A DNA stretch of 64,000 nt, taken from contig CBDBCZ010000019.1 in the NCBI GenBank assembly GCA_965203295.1, forward strand, positions 1,952,001 through 2,016,000, read 5' to 3'. The notes below the pieces were generated by a model. That model searched no databases and was not told the origin of the DNA. It saw nothing but the letters and a program-made list of their open reading frames with translations. Below, piece by piece: positions 42,921 to 54,885 of this stretch. Source of the DNA: Nitrospirales bacterium (GTDB lineage Bacteria > Nitrospirota > Nitrospiria > Nitrospirales > UBA8639). Position 1 is the first letter of the stretch, and every line of letters begins with the position of its first letter. The position numbers were made by a program, and so were the translations under genes.

Positions 42921-44143
42921 TCATTGATAACGAAGCGCTTCCGCAGAATCCAACTTAGAAGCCTTAATGGCAGGGTACAGGCCAAAAAAGACGCCGACAC
43001 TGACCGCGAACGAGAAGGCGATCGCAATAGCCGATGGGCGAACCACGGCTCCCCAATCACTACCTCCTGGCATCGCATTGGCCACAAAGTCACCAAAAAA
43101 ATACGCCACGAGAATACCGAGCATGACCCCAAATATCCCACCGACAACACTGATCGTGACCGACTCCACCAGGAACTGCAATAAAATGTCTCCCCGACGA
43201 GCACCAATTGCTTTCCGCAATCCAATCTCCTGCGTACGCTCGGTCACCGTAACCAACATGATATTCATGATACCGATTCCACCTACGATAAAGGCCACGA
43301 GGCAATTCCGCCCAACACAATTCGAAACGTCCAAATGGTGCGGTCCACCGCGTTGAGAAATTCTCCTTGGTTGCGCACCCGAATATCATCCACGCCATCA
43401 TGTCGCTGGACCAAATACGAATGAAGCTGTTGGGAGACTTCATCCATACGCTCGCGATTAGGCACATGGATGATCATATTTCGAATCTTATCGTGCCCTT
43501 TGAAAAAGCGCAGGGCCGTGGTCACTGGGATAAAAACCTTTTCATCGTAATCAGTTCCGTACACCTCACCCTTCGGTTCCATCACTCCAATGACCGTAAA
43601 CCTGTGATCTTTAATTTTCACTTCCCGTCCAAGAGGCGATTGGATCCCAAACAGACTTTCTGCGACGGTTTTGCCCAGAGCAACAGTTCTCTTCCATCCC
43701 TCAATATCAGCAGCTGTCAAAAACCGACCCACCTGAGGTCGGAAATTTCGAATCTCATTAAATTCTGGCGAAGTGGCATCGATTGCCCCGCTGAAGTCAC
43801 GATCCCCAGCCTTGATCTGCACATCAACACGTACGATGGGAACAACCTTGAGATCAGGAAACCGATCTCGAACCGCCAAGACGTCGCCGTATCGCAGACT
43901 AACCATGCGCCCCGCAAACATACGCCGTTCTTCTATCGTCAATCGTTTTTTCCAGACAAAGAGTAGGTTCGTCCCCAATCGCTCGATGGAGTTAACCAAC
44001 CACACTTGTCCGCCTTCGACAATCGCAATCATGGCAATCACAGAGGCCACGCCGATGATCACAACCAGCATGGTTAATCCAGTCCGAAGCATGTTCGCGG
44101 AAAAATTTCTGAACGAATCCCATATAATTGGCTGAACATTCAT
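42921..44143 (-). pseudogene. MacB-like ABC permease, frameshifted
   Basis: LRTGLTMLVVIIGVASV; GGIGIMNIMLVTVTERTQEIG; frameshift near 43300. Confidence 0.85.
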
Positions 44144-44871
44144 GGGAGCACCGATGCCTCAGTTTCTTCCCAGCTTGGAGTCCCCTGTCGTTCATCTGAA
44201 ACGACGGAACCATCCCTGAGAGTGACACATCGGCCCGCCGTCTTTGCCAAATCACGATCATGCGTAATCATCACGATCGTTTGTCCATTCGCATGAAATG
44301 ATTGAAAGAGTTCCAAGATTTCCTGACCTGTCCTGCTATCCAGATTTCCCGTGGGCTCATCGGCCAGCAAGAGGGTTGGTTGATTGACGAGGGCCCGGGC
44401 AATAGCGACACGTTGCTGTTGTCCGCCGGACAGCTGCGTCGGGTAATGCCTGAGGCGATCTTGCAGCCCAACACGTTCCAGCATCGCAGAAGCCTGTTCC
44501 CGCTGGTCAGTCCAAGATATGCCTGCATACTGCAACGGCAGTTGCACATTTTCCAAAGTGGTCTTTCTCCGGAGGAGATGAAAGGTTTGGAAGACAAATC
44601 CAATCTGACGATTGCGGATCGTCGTTAATTTGTGGTCGGTCATCTCTCGAATTTGTTTTCCGGCCAACGAATAGTCACCCTCTGTCGGTCGACTCAAACA
44701 CCCAAGGATGTCAAGCAGCGTGGTCTTTCCACTACCCGATTGACCGATAATTGCGACAAACTCACCCTGCCGAATATCAAAGCTCACGTTCGATAATGCT
44801 CGCACTTCCACCTCGCCGGTTTGATAGACTTTTCCAATGTGCTCTAGTTGAATAAGAGGTGGGTTCCTCAT
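44140..44871 (-). CDS. ABC transporter ATP-binding protein (MacB/LolD-like)
   Basis: GQSGSGKT, LSGGQQQRV, LLADEPTGNLD. Confidence 0.95.
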   Translation of the reverse strand: MRNPPLIQLEHIGKVYQTGEVEVRALSNVSFDIRQGEFVAIIGQSGSGKTTLLDILGCLSRPTEGDYSLAGKQIREMTDHKLTTIRNRQIGFVFQTFHLLRRKTTLENVQLPLQYAGISWTDQREQASAMLERVGLQDRLRHYPTQLSGGQQQRVAIARALVNQPTLLLADEPTGNLDSRTGQEILELFQSFHANGQTIVMITHDRDLAKTAGRCVTLRDGSVVSDERQGTPSWEETEASVLP

Positions 44872-44973
44872 GGGTCACGAGTCCATTTTGATCAAACACT
44901 TTCTACATGCATATGTAATAATTTGAATTTCATTTGACAGATACGGTCAGAAATGGAGCAATGCCACATCTGC

Positions 44974-46116
44974 CTATCGCTGAGAGGGATTTTTCGTCAA
45001 GGATGGAATGATGACCCGGTCTCCCTCCTTCAATCCTTGAGAGATCACCGCTTCAGAAGTAGTGCGAAAAGCCACACTCACCTTTCGACGTTTTCGCTCC
45101 CCATCATGGTCCAAATAGACAATATCGTCCCCCTGTTCAGTCTGCAAGGTTTCGAGGGGAATCGTGACGATATCTTCCAATTGATCCGTCAAAATATCCA
45201 CGTTAGCCGTCATCATTGGTCGAAGACTCAAACTCTCGTTCTCAATCTCAATGGTGACTTCATAGGTTACGATACTGTCTTCTTTAACCCCTTGTGGCGA
45301 TATGGCCGTCACCTTCCCTTCAAAGGTTTTTCCTAGCACAGCATCTAGCCGAACCATCACCGATTGCCCAATCTGCACTCGAGCAATATTGACTTCGTTA
45401 ATTTTGGCCTTGGCCACCATTTTGTTGATATCGGCCAGCTTCATCAGCACAGTCCCCCCACCGACTGCAGCCGTTCCGGAGGTAATAATTTCACCAGGCT
45501 GAACATTAACCTCAATAATCGTGCCGTTGGCAGGGGATAATACTTGAAATTCTTCGAGCCGAGTCGAAGAAGGATCTCGAGAAACATAGCGCTGAAAGAG
45601 TTCTTGATTGCCTCCAAGCGCCAGTAACAGTTCAAGTTCTGCCAATTCTCTCCTGACAATGGCCCGTTCAGCATCCTGCTCCGCGGACTCTAACTCCTTT
45701 CGAGCAATAAACCCTTTGGCATAGAGGGATTGATTCCGAACAAGATCGCGTCGAGCCTGCACAACATTAATCCCCTCTTGCTCTAAAGCGGCTCGTAGCT
45801 GAGCCACCTGTCTGGCCTGACTAGGCTCCTGTCGGATCACGACCAACGGTTGATTCTTGGAAACTTTCTTGCCAGCCGATATGAAGATCCCTTGAACCTC
45901 TCCTGAGAACTGAGACTTGATATCAATGGTGCGAATAGGCGCTAATGTTCCTGTCTCTGAGACTTGCGTTTGCAGTGCCCCCCGTTTCACCACGATGACT
46001 TTGGGAACTTCTTTTGACTCCTCCATCGGATCAGGTGCAGAAGATAACAGCACAGCCGTTCCCCCACCTAAAACAAGGAGCCCCATGACCACGAACAACC
46101 ATGCGTGCTTCATCAC
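44974..46116 (-). CDS. MacA-like periplasmic adaptor
   Basis: N-terminal TM; IKSQFSG, SPANGTI, LRPMMTA. Confidence 0.9.
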   Translation of the reverse strand: MMKHAWLFVVMGLLVLGGGTAVLLSSAPDPMEESKEVPKVIVVKRGALQTQVSETGTLAPIRTIDIKSQFSGEVQGIFISAGKKVSKNQPLVVIRQEPSQARQVAQLRAALEQEGINVVQARRDLVRNQSLYAKGFIARKELESAEQDAERAIVRRELAELELLLALGGNQELFQRYVSRDPSSTRLEEFQVLSPANGTIIEVNVQPGEIITSGTAAVGGGTVLMKLADINKMVAKAKINEVNIARVQIGQSVMVRLDAVLGKTFEGKVTAISPQGVKEDSIVTYEVTIEIENESLSLRPMMTANVDILTDQLEDIVTIPLETLQTEQGDDIVYLDHDGERKRRKVSVAFRTTSEAVISQGLKEGDRVIIPSLTKNPSQR

Positions 46117-46273
46117 AATCCTTTCGATAATCTCATTCTAGCAAATCCGCCACGCCGGGAAACCCATTCCCAAGAGACAATCCATCTATTTCCAGAATCA
46201 GCTAAAGACAAGATAGAACTAACAACCCTAGTCTTATCACAGAGATGAAAAATAACTACAGATGGGCAGGATG

Positions 46274-47836
46274 CTACACGTGGCTAATCGAGGATAATCT
46301 GTAACGATCGAGCGTGGAAGCTGTCGCGCGATGGAGGTTGGAGAGAGATTGATTATAGTCCAATGTCGCTCGGAGTTCGTTCCTTCGGGCAATCGCGAGA
46401 TTCACCTGAAAATCTAACACATCACGCGTGGTCGTGAGCCCCAAGTTGAGCCGTTCTTGTTCTGCCTTGAGCTGCCTTTCAGAGAGCCGGCGAGCGACTC
46501 GCGTCGTTTCCATCCGTTTGAAGTCGGTTTGTACGCGGCGAATCGCCTCTTTCACATCGACAATCACTTGTTGCCGTAAGCTATAAAGACTGACTTGGGC
46601 CTGTTTAGCTTCAATTTTTCGACGCTCGTACTGACTCTTTGCCGATCGATTGCTCAACGGATAGCTTAAGACCAAACCAGCTCCGACATTATAAAAATCT
46701 CCGCTAAACGTTCGATCAAGGGCATCACTTGGATCTTCTCCTAGACTCCGTAATCCAGCCGAACCTTGAAAATCCAATTGCGGCAACAACTGATTCTTAG
46801 CCAAGTCAGCATTAAGATGACTGGACTCGATGGTTTTCTGTGCCTGCAGGATCTCAGGTCGTTGTCGTAAACCTGAATCAATCGCCTTGCCTTGGGTCGT
46901 CTCTAACGGAGCTGTTGTGGGGCGATCGAGCGGAATCACCACCACATTCTCTCGAAGCTCCTCCTCAGAGGAAGCAAAGAGTCGACGTAGCTGATCCTCC
47001 TGATCGCGAATAGCTTTTTGACTGACCAGGATCCCTTCTACACGAGTGGCGACAGCCGACTGCGCCTGAAGCACCTCTACGTCAGCCATGACTCCAGCTT
47101 TCACCTTAACCCGATTACTCGCCAACAGTTCTTGAGCTGCTTTTAAGTTCGCTTTGGCGACTTCGGCACTTTCTCGCGCAAAGACTAATTCCCAATACGC
47201 TTGCTCAGCCTGAGCAACAATATCCAATACCCGATCCACAAAGACATACTGCTCGACGGTCGCGGAGTTATGAGCTATTTTGATTTGCGTATCATTCACA
47301 TCCGACCCAAAATTCCGAAGTAACGGTTGTGTCAAATTCAGGAGAAGATCGGCTGTATAACTGGGGTTAAACAAAAACGCGGTCGGTCCTGCCACAGAAT
47401 TTCTGTTGGAATCCAATGTCAGATCATAATTCGCACCAGTCCTGAGTTTTTGAGACATGCCTATTTTGACATTCGTATCATTTTGATCGAGAAAGTCAGG
47501 ATCACCACCAACTATGGGACCTCCCAGACCAAAAATTGGTCGGTTTAATGGAGCAATCAGGCGATCATAGCGTCCCTCCAAATCCACCGTCGGATCAAAC
47601 TTGGCCTGTTCAAACAAAATATCGGTTACCCGAACATCTCGCTCCTGACGACTCACACTGATATCAAGATTATGCTCTAACGTCTTGAGCACAACATCTT
47701 TCAAGGTAAGTGTCCGAACAGGTTCTGGTTCCAACAGTTTTGTCAGATCAGAATCTTCCGATGTTGCCCATACTGACGGCACACTTACACTTACACTCAA
47801 AACTATAAACAGGGGTAGAAAAAGTGATCGAGTCAT
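46274..47836 (-). CDS. TolC family outer membrane protein
   Basis: Signal peptide; AEQAYWEL, LLPQLD, GLTTTRDVL repeats. Confidence 0.9.
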   Translation of the reverse strand: MTRSLFLPLFIVLSVSVSVPSVWATSEDSDLTKLLEPEPVRTLTLKDVVLKTLEHNLDISVSRQERDVRVTDILFEQAKFDPTVDLEGRYDRLIAPLNRPIFGLGGPIVGGDPDFLDQNDTNVKIGMSQKLRTGANYDLTLDSNRNSVAGPTAFLFNPSYTADLLLNLTQPLLRNFGSDVNDTQIKIAHNSATVEQYVFVDRVLDIVAQAEQAYWELVFARESAEVAKANLKAAQELLASNRVKVKAGVMADVEVLQAQSAVATRVEGILVSQKAIRDQEDQLRRLFASSEEELRENVVVIPLDRPTTAPLETTQGKAIDSGLRQRPEILQAQKTIESSHLNADLAKNQLLPQLDFQGSAGLRSLGEDPSDALDRTFSGDFYNVGAGLVLSYPLSNRSAKSQYERRKIEAKQAQVSLYSLRQQVIVDVKEAIRRVQTDFKRMETTRVARRLSERQLKAEQERLNLGLTTTRDVLDFQVNLAIARRNELRATLDYNQSLSNLHRATASTLDRYRLSSISHV

Positions 47837-48009
47837 CCGCGTCCTTTACTCGTGGTTATCCCAAACCAACAATGTGTTAAGAACAAATTACTCCTATTGA
47901 TACCACTCCATCAAGAACAAAGTTGACAAAAAAGTTCCTTCGCCTAAGGGAGGGGGCACACCAAGTCACCACCCTTTATCGCTCATTCAGTTTTTACAGA
48001 AGGGAACAA

Positions 48010-49128
48010 TTACTGGTTGGCGTAGAATTCTTGAATTGACGTGACGACTCGAGCAATTTGAGTTTCGGTCAATTCAGGATAGATAGGAAGGGAGAGAACT
48101 TCCTGGGCCATACGTTCGGAAACCGGGAAGTCCCCCTTTTGATACCTGAGATCCTGATAACATTCCTGGAGATGAAGCGGGACAGGATAATACACTTTAT
48201 GCCCAATTTCTTTTTCCTTCAGATGGACCATGAGTTGGTCTCGCCCTTGTGCTCTGATCGTATATTGGTTGAAGACATGGTGATTGTCTGAATCAGTCCA
48301 GGGCGGAGTCACCCGATCCAGCAACTGGGTTTCTTCAAAAAATTTGGTATACATGGCCGCATTACGACGGCGTTTTTCATTCCATTCGTCCAAATAAGTT
48401 AACTTCACTTTCAGAACCGCAGCTTGAAGAGCATCCAATCGACTGTTCATCCCAATGTGATCGTGATGGTAATCAGAAAATCCCCCGTGCACCCGCAAGG
48501 CCGCTAACAAGTCCCGCACGTTTTTGTTGTGAGTCGTGATGAGTCCGCCATCACCAAACCCTCCCAGATTTTTTGAAGGGAAAAAGCTAAAGCACCCAGT
48601 GTTCCCAAACGCCCCAGCCCGAATTCCCTTCCTCGCAGCACCAATGGCTTGGCAACCATCCTCTATGACTGAAATGCCTCTCGCCTGGGCAATTTCCTGG
48701 ATTTTCTCCATTTCCGCACATTGACCAAATAAGTGTACAGGGATAATCGCCTTGGTTCGCGAGGTTATTTTTTTCTCAATCTTGGAGGGATCTATATTGT
48801 AGGAGTTCGCTTGGATATCCACAAAGACGGGTTTTGCATGGAGTCGAGAAATCACTCCGGCTGTCGAGAAAAACGTAAAAGGAACCGTAATCACTTCCTC
48901 TCCAGGCTGAACGTCAATCGCCATAAGGGATAACAGCAAGGCATCACTCCCTGACGCACATCCAACCGCATAGGGACACGAGGTGTATTTGGCTAACGCC
49001 TCTTCCAGGTCAGACACCGATCTGCCCAGGATAAAGGCCTGCTCTTGACAGATCCCCTCAATCGCTGTCATCACTTCATCTCGAATCAAGCTGAATTGTG
49101 CTTTTAAATCTAAAAATGGCACGCTCAT
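48010..49128 (-). CDS. DegT/DnrJ/EryC1/StrS aminotransferase
   Basis: ASGSDAL, PVHLFGQ, EDGCQA, SFFPSKNLG, NSRLDALQA. Confidence 0.95.
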   Translation of the reverse strand: MSVPFLDLKAQFSLIRDEVMTAIEGICQEQAFILGRSVSDLEEALAKYTSCPYAVGCASGSDALLLSLMAIDVQPGEEVITVPFTFFSTAGVISRLHAKPVFVDIQANSYNIDPSKIEKKITSRTKAIIPVHLFGQCAEMEKIQEIAQARGISVIEDGCQAIGAARKGIRAGAFGNTGCFSFFPSKNLGGFGDGGLITTHNKNVRDLLAALRVHGGFSDYHHDHIGMNSRLDALQAAVLKVKLTYLDEWNEKRRRNAAMYTKFFEETQLLDRVTPPWTDSDNHHVFNQYTIRAQGRDQLMVHLKEKEIGHKVYYPVPLHLQECYQDLRYQKGDFPVSERMAQEVLSLPIYPELTETQIARVVTSIQEFYANQ

Positions 49129-49276
49129 GAAAATAGATCCCTAATTTCAATAATATACTTGAAAAATGAGGATGCATTGAAGCATACCTGAGGCTCTAGA
49201 GCAAGGGACTGAGGTTCGATCATGAACTTACTAACAGGATGTTGAAATCGCTTATTCAGGTCGTGCTGAAACTATT

Positions 49277-49804
49277 ATGAAATATTGTAGTGAATGTGGT
49301 TCACCGGTCATCCGTAAAATTCCTACGGGAGATACGATACCTCGTTTTGTCTGTGTAACGTGCGAGACCATCCACTATGAAAACCCCAAGATTGTCGTGG
49401 GGTGCATTCCGGAATGGAAAGACCAGATTCTCCTTTGTAGAAGAGCCATTGAGCCCAGAGTGGGTCTATGGACCTTTCCAGCAGGGTTTATGGAGAACGA
49501 CGAATCTGTAGAAGAAGCGGCTGCCCGGGAAACCCAAGAAGAAGCCAAAGCGGAAGTCGTCATCGGTTCGTTGTTTGGAGTCTTCAGCATTGTCCGAGTC
49601 AACCAGATGTACCTCGTCTTTCGGGCCACGATGCCTACTCGGACTTTTGGCGTAGGGGAAGAAAGCTCAGAGGTCAAGCTTTTTAAAATCACCGATATCC
49701 CCTGGCAGGAACTGGCTTTTCCCGTCATCCATGAAACGCTCACTCTCTATTGTCACGATCAGCAACATGGTCATTCTCCTGTCCATATGGGAAACATTGG
49801 CTGA
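49277..49804 (+). CDS. NUDIX hydrolase with N-terminal zinc ribbon
   Basis: CSECG..CVTC; PAGFMENDESVEEAAARETQEE. Confidence 0.93.
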   Translation: MKYCSECGSPVIRKIPTGDTIPRFVCVTCETIHYENPKIVVGCIPEWKDQILLCRRAIEPRVGLWTFPAGFMENDESVEEAAARETQEEAKAEVVIGSLFGVFSIVRVNQMYLVFRATMPTRTFGVGEESSEVKLFKITDIPWQELAFPVIHETLTLYCHDQQHGHSPVHMGNIG

Positions 49805-49841
49805 CCAGTTCAAAAAAACTCCTCCACGATCGACTGAAGTT

Positions 49842-50268
49842 TTAGGAAGCTAAGGTCACAACCACACCATACCGAAGAGCCTTACCGAATCCTATAAATC
49901 CCAGCGCAACAAAACTATTGATCCGAAACCAGCCGGCGGCTAAGCACAGCGGATCGCCAATCACGGGAACCCAAGAGAGTAATAAAGCCGGACTTCCCCA
50001 TTTCTGAAGAATAGGATACAGCCTGTTGGTGACGAGGTTTGGTGAGTCGGCTTAGAGGATACCAACATGCCATCAGCCACCCTAACCCCTACGTAGTCAT
50101 TCCTCCTAGGGTATTGCCTAATGTCGCGATCCCCAACAGGGTCCATTGGTTGTGACTATGCTGTCCCGCCAAAACGGCCAATAGAACCTCCGATCCGCCT
50201 GGAAACAACGTGGAGGATACAAAGGCACTCACAAATAAGGCCCATAGGGATATCTCATCTGAGGTCAT
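49842..50268 (-). pseudogene. yqaA: YqaA/DedA-family membrane protein, disrupted
   Basis: Manual translation: LFVSAFVSSTLFPGGSEV..GNTLGGMTT*GLG..(fs)..LLLSWVPVIGDPLCLAAGW..GKALRY. Confidence 0.85.
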
Positions 50269-50299
50269 ACGCGTGATTTCGATAACATCAAGTAATGAG

Positions 50300-50749
50300 T
50301 CAGTCCAGCCAGTGAATTGAATCCCCTATCTTGATCTCCCCATCGTCCAACACCTCGCCAAATGCTCCCACAGCCCAGCGTGCTGACATCGCCTTTCGAA
50401 GACCAACCAACGTTTCATCCATACGTTCGCATGGGCGGGTCTCACCCATAATCCGAATTCGACTGGATCAAATCGAGAGAATTCGCTTACGGCTATTGAA
50501 CAATGATAGGTGTTTGACCAACAAGTTCGCCCTTCGAGCTGAAGCTAGTAAAGTCCCTCCGAGCATCTCCATACAGATGAGCCTAGACTTCCTCCTCCAG
50601 GATCGTCACTTGGCGTTTCCCCCCCTGATCGGCATTCCCTTTCAAACCACGGTCAGCTACCAATACAGCACAGCGTTTTGAACCGAATCCATGGGGCCAC
50701 CTTTCATCCGTTTCAGCCAAATGGCTTTCAATTGGCCAACCTTCTTCAT
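50300..50749 (-). pseudogene. MOSC domain protein, multiply disrupted
   Basis: Manual translation: IWLKRMKGGPM..(fs)..GLKGNADQGGKRQVT..*..RRANLLV..*..GETRPCERMD..EVLDDG. Confidence 0.8.
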
Positions 50750-50782
50750 GATGGCTATCCGTAACTCGTGGTGAAATGTCCT

Positions 50783-51676
50783 TTACAGCGATATGCTCTT
50801 CCCCAACAAAAATTCCTGAGCTTGATGGAGCACAACTCGGGAGGCAACGGCATCTTGAGCGCCGACTCCCACCGATTTAAAAAGCGTAATTTGGTCAAGG
50901 GAATTGCGACCGGATTTGTGACGAAGTACAAGATCCCCTAACTCTGCATGGAGATGATCGCGATCGATTAACCCAGCCTGAAATGGCTGAATGATATCAC
51001 CAGCCTCAGCCCAGGCTGCCTCATAGGTTTCCACCACGACCATTGCACGAAGAACGGTTTCGGCATCTTGTACAGTTTGCTTTGCATCCCTGGCTATTCG
51101 GATATTCTGTGAAAGTCCCTCTTGGTCTGAAACTTCCCTGACAAAGGTCTCAACAGCTTCGCGGCGAGGCGCATAGATCCAGACTGTCTCGATGGACCGT
51201 ACAGTCGATATCGCTTCCAGTTGCGTGCGGGCCTGCGCACCAACACCAAAAAGACCGAGCACGCGACTATCGGGCCGGGCCAGTAAATCCGTTGCCACCC
51301 CACTTGCCGCACCCGTTCGGATCGCCGTTAAGGAACTCCTTTCAATTAACCCTTGAAGTTTGCCGGACTGAGGATCAAAGGCTAAAACCAACCCCTGAAT
51401 CGTTTGGTATCCCCGCTGGATATTGTTGGGAAACACGGAAACAATCTTTATGCTTAAAGCATTTCCTTCTTGGCTTTCAACAAATGCGGGCATCACGAGC
51501 GTCACCCCATCCTCTGAGGGAATAGGGAGATGCGTTCGCAAAGGAACCTTGGCTTTTCCTCTCGAACATGCGGCAAAGGCTTCTCGCATGGCATCGATAG
51601 CCTTACTCATCGGCAACGCTTTGCAAACCTCAGTTGCATTCAAGACCAATACAGAGGCTTCCGACTTATCCTCCAC
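50783..51676 (-). pseudogene. ornithine cyclodeaminase/mu-crystallin, apparent in-frame internal deletion
   Basis: LTAIRTGAASG, GVGAQA, TLFKSVG; junction VQDA|ETVL lacks the usual DII-T-T..G-HI-A-G segment. Confidence 0.7.
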
Positions 51677-51891
51677 AGGCGAATCCCTTCATTTTATGAA
51701 TATTACGCCCCTTTTAGATCTCCTGCAGATGCGACTTTTCCAATTCCATAGCAACACCGCTTGGGGTCCCATCGCTTGCTCGGTCACAAAGAAAGAGTCC
51801 AAACCACTTTGACTACTCCAAACCAACACATTTATAGTGTAGAGATCCTGAAAATAGATCTGCAAAAGTTCAACACCATCTCATTAGGCCA

Positions 51892-52416
51892 ATGCGTATG
51901 ACCATCCGTTATTTTTCACTGCTTTTCACTGTAGCACTATGGTGGATTGATGGGCCAGTCTTGGCCCAAGAGTCAGAATTAAAACCATTAAAATTCGACC
52001 AGCTCGTCCAATTGATCGGAAATTGGGAGGGGAAAAAACCATCCCAAAACGGAGAAGAATCCATTACGGTGCGCTACCAAATGACCGCGAAGGGCACAGC
52101 AGTCATGGAGACTCTATTCCCAGGTTCACCAAAGGAAATGGTGTCCGTCTACGCCCGAGACGGTCAAGAAATTGTGATGACGCATTATTGCATGCTGGGA
52201 AATGAACCACGCATGCGAAGTGTCAAACAGGACCACCCCAATAAACTCACCCTTCTCTTCATTGATGGAACGGGAATGCGTTCACACAACGACATGCACA
52301 TGCACGAATTGACGATCACGTATATAGATCACAATCATATCACACACGAGTGGACACTCTTTGACAAGGGAAAGAAAAAAGCCACTGAAATCTTTTCCTT
52401 TACCCGCACAAACTAG
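51892..52416 (+). CDS. exported hypothetical beta-barrel-like protein
   Basis: Signal peptide; LIGNWEG, MTHYCMLGNEPRM, HMHEL. Confidence 0.75.
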   Translation: MRMTIRYFSLLFTVALWWIDGPVLAQESELKPLKFDQLVQLIGNWEGKKPSQNGEESITVRYQMTAKGTAVMETLFPGSPKEMVSVYARDGQEIVMTHYCMLGNEPRMRSVKQDHPNKLTLLFIDGTGMRSHNDMHMHELTITYIDHNHITHEWTLFDKGKKKATEIFSFTRTN

Positions 52417-52483
52417 GAGAAGGCCTCTTGCTACTGCATGACATTTCACTTGAACGAGAAATTCATCGAGGAAGGACATCATA

Positions 52484-53188
52484 ATGAATCAGACCGATTT
52501 CGCCTCCAAACTCCAGACGTTACTTCGACTCACTCACTCACCTATCGCCATCACGTTTTCCTCTTCACCACCTCAGAACGTTCCTTGGGTGGAAACCTCT
52601 GAACCGGCAAGTTGTGCCTATTGGCGAATGGCAGCAGAAGACAAAGTTTTCTACACCAAAGCATCTGACCATTACAATTGTCCGATAGGTGCACATACGC
52701 ATGGCGTTGAATTACCTGAGCAGAACCAGAAAGAGTTAGAAGGCATCGTTCAAACCATGATCGGATTGCAATATATTAAACAGGAAGAAATTGCCCAACT
52801 CCCGCGACGACGAGATAGATTTCGTTTCGCTATTTACACACCCTTGGACAAAGCAGGGGAGGAAGTCGACATTGCGCTCGTTCGGGGAACAGTCAAACAA
52901 CTCATGATCTTAGTTGAAGCCGTTCAAGCAGCAGGCGTGGGGCACACAACCTCTGTGATGGGTCGACCTACCTGCGCGGTGTTACCTGAAGCGCTTCAAT
53001 CCAGGAAAATTACGACCAGCTTGGGTTGCATCGGAAACCGTGTCTATACAGGCCTCGGTGACGATGAAGCCTACATGGCCATTCCTGGCACAAAGCTTTC
53101 CCATGTGACAGAGAAATTGGCAGCACTCGTTCAGGCCAATCAACAGCTTGAAGCGTTTCACCGATCCCGGTTAGCAGACCCAGTGTAA
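52484..53188 (+). CDS. DUF169 family protein
   Basis: SPIAI, SCAYW, HYNCPIG, RPTCA, SLGCIGNR. Confidence 0.8.
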   Translation: MNQTDFASKLQTLLRLTHSPIAITFSSSPPQNVPWVETSEPASCAYWRMAAEDKVFYTKASDHYNCPIGAHTHGVELPEQNQKELEGIVQTMIGLQYIKQEEIAQLPRRRDRFRFAIYTPLDKAGEEVDIALVRGTVKQLMILVEAVQAAGVGHTTSVMGRPTCAVLPEALQSRKITTSLGCIGNRVYTGLGDDEAYMAIPGTKLSHVTEKLAALVQANQQLEAFHRSRLADPV

Positions 53189-53285
53189 TTCATAGGGCTG
53201 GGCTTTCAACCTATTGTCAAAAATTCTTCCTGTGCAGGACAGCCTAGGAAGATTTACCGTCTCTTGAAATTCGTCCTTCATTGGC

Positions 53286-53803
53286 TCAACTCTTTCCCCC
53301 AAAGGAAAGAGTCTGATCATGGGACCAATCTCTGGGATCACGACTCGATGCATGGATTAAGTGAAGAATACTTACTTCAAATTGACACGGCAAAGGTAGC
53401 CGTAATCGCACAATCACTTCTTCTTTCAAAGCCAACGAATATGTTCCATACAACAGACTCAAGTGGGGCTGAAAATGAAATGACGAGGACTTTGCGAAAT
53501 AGACCCGGGCTTGAGTATAGGCATCCAGAAGACTAGGAGTCTCTTCAGCCAACAGATACAAAGCTCGGAAATAGTGCTCCTGATACGCCGGCGTCGTGAG
53601 ACGGATATGAAAAGGCCTCAAGCCTTGGGCAAGATTTCTCGCCTTCTGCATGACTTCCGTCTCAGGACCTTCAACTTCGCCCAACAACGTGACATGCAGT
53701 TCAAAGAGTGGGCCTCCATATTGTTGACTTAGCTCGGTTATGGTCCCTACCAACTGATCATACACTTACCCGTAGGCATGAGCCAAAGGTGGTAGTTTGT
53801 CAT
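53286..53803 (-). pseudogene. 2H phosphoesterase (2',3'-cyclic phosphodiesterase), 5' frameshift
   Basis: MTNYHLWLMPTG(fs)VYDQ; HVTL and PHLSLLY motifs. Confidence 0.75.
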
Positions 53804-53952
53804 GGGCTCCCACTCTCACTCACCCGAAAAAAGGTCCCCTATATCATTAAAGAAATATCTTAAAATTGATCCCGGAAATAGGGCGAGGCATTAAAAAGCG
53901 GTCTTTACTTTATGCGCAAGAAGTGGATCCAAGTCGTAGAACAAGCGTAATT

Positions 53953-54885
53953 TTAGCCAAGCTCAGTGGCCAGAGGCTTCCAATTTTCGTTTTGTTGCTC
54001 TGCATGATACGAACTTCTGACAAGTGGACCAGATTCCACATGACGAAACCCCAGCGCTAAGCCCTCCGCTCCCAAGGCATGAAATTCTTCAGGCGAGTAA
54101 TATCTTGCGACCGGTGCATGCTGTTTAGTCGGTTGAAGATATTGCCCGACTGTCAGAATGTCACACCCCGCGGCCCTGAGATCCCGCATCACTTCGCGAA
54201 TTTCCTCCACAGTTTCTCCCAAACCTGCCATGATCCCTGATTTAGTCTGCCTTCCCAGAAGTTTCGCCTTAACCAACAAGTCAATGGAACGACGGTATCG
54301 ACCCTGAGGTCTCATTGATGGGAACAGTCTGGGGACTGTTTCAATATTATGGTTCAAAATGTCCGGATTCGCGTCTATCACCTTTTTCAACGCCTCCTCT
54401 TTTCCCTGAAAATCCGGGATGAGGACTTCTACGGCACATGTCGGACTGGTTTGTCGGATCTGTCGAATAGTTTCTGCAAAGATCGAAGCCCCTCCATCAG
54501 GCAATTCATCACGATTCACCGAGGTAATGACTGCATGACGAAGTCCAAGCACCCGAACAGCCTCAGCTACTTCTCCTGGCTCCCCTGTATCCAAACCAGT
54601 TGGTCGGCCTGTGGTCACCGAACAATAATGGCAACGACGGGTACAGATGTCGCCTAAGATTAAAAAGGTGGCAGTGCGATTGTTCCAACATTCCCAGATG
54701 TTCGGACATCGGGCTTCCTCACATATCGTGTGGAGGCCTCGCGCTTTCACAATCCGTCGGATGTCCTGATAGTCAGACCCTTGTCGAATGTTGACCTTGA
54801 ACCAGGGAGGCAGGTGGCCCTTCCTCTTCTGGTTTCCTCTGGCCCAGCTTGGTTTTTGAATTTCGTTTACAGAAACGAATGACAT
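53953..54885 (-). CDS. lipA: lipoyl synthase
   Basis: TICEEARCPNIWEC, CTRRCHYC, VRSSYHA. Confidence 0.97.
   Translation of the reverse strand: MSFVSVNEIQKPSWARGNQKRKGHLPPWFKVNIRQGSDYQDIRRIVKARGLHTICEEARCPNIWECWNNRTATFLILGDICTRRCHYCSVTTGRPTGLDTGEPGEVAEAVRVLGLRHAVITSVNRDELPDGGASIFAETIRQIRQTSPTCAVEVLIPDFQGKEEALKKVIDANPDILNHNIETVPRLFPSMRPQGRYRRSIDLLVKAKLLGRQTKSGIMAGLGETVEEIREVMRDLRAAGCDILTVGQYLQPTKQHAPVARYYSPEEFHALGAEGLALGFRHVESGPLVRSSYHAEQQNENWKPLATELG

Noticed and set aside
42543..43225. ORFs overlapping the repeat (also 5503-5951)
   Set aside because: They are translations of a palindromic repeat, and the frames are not preserved between copies.
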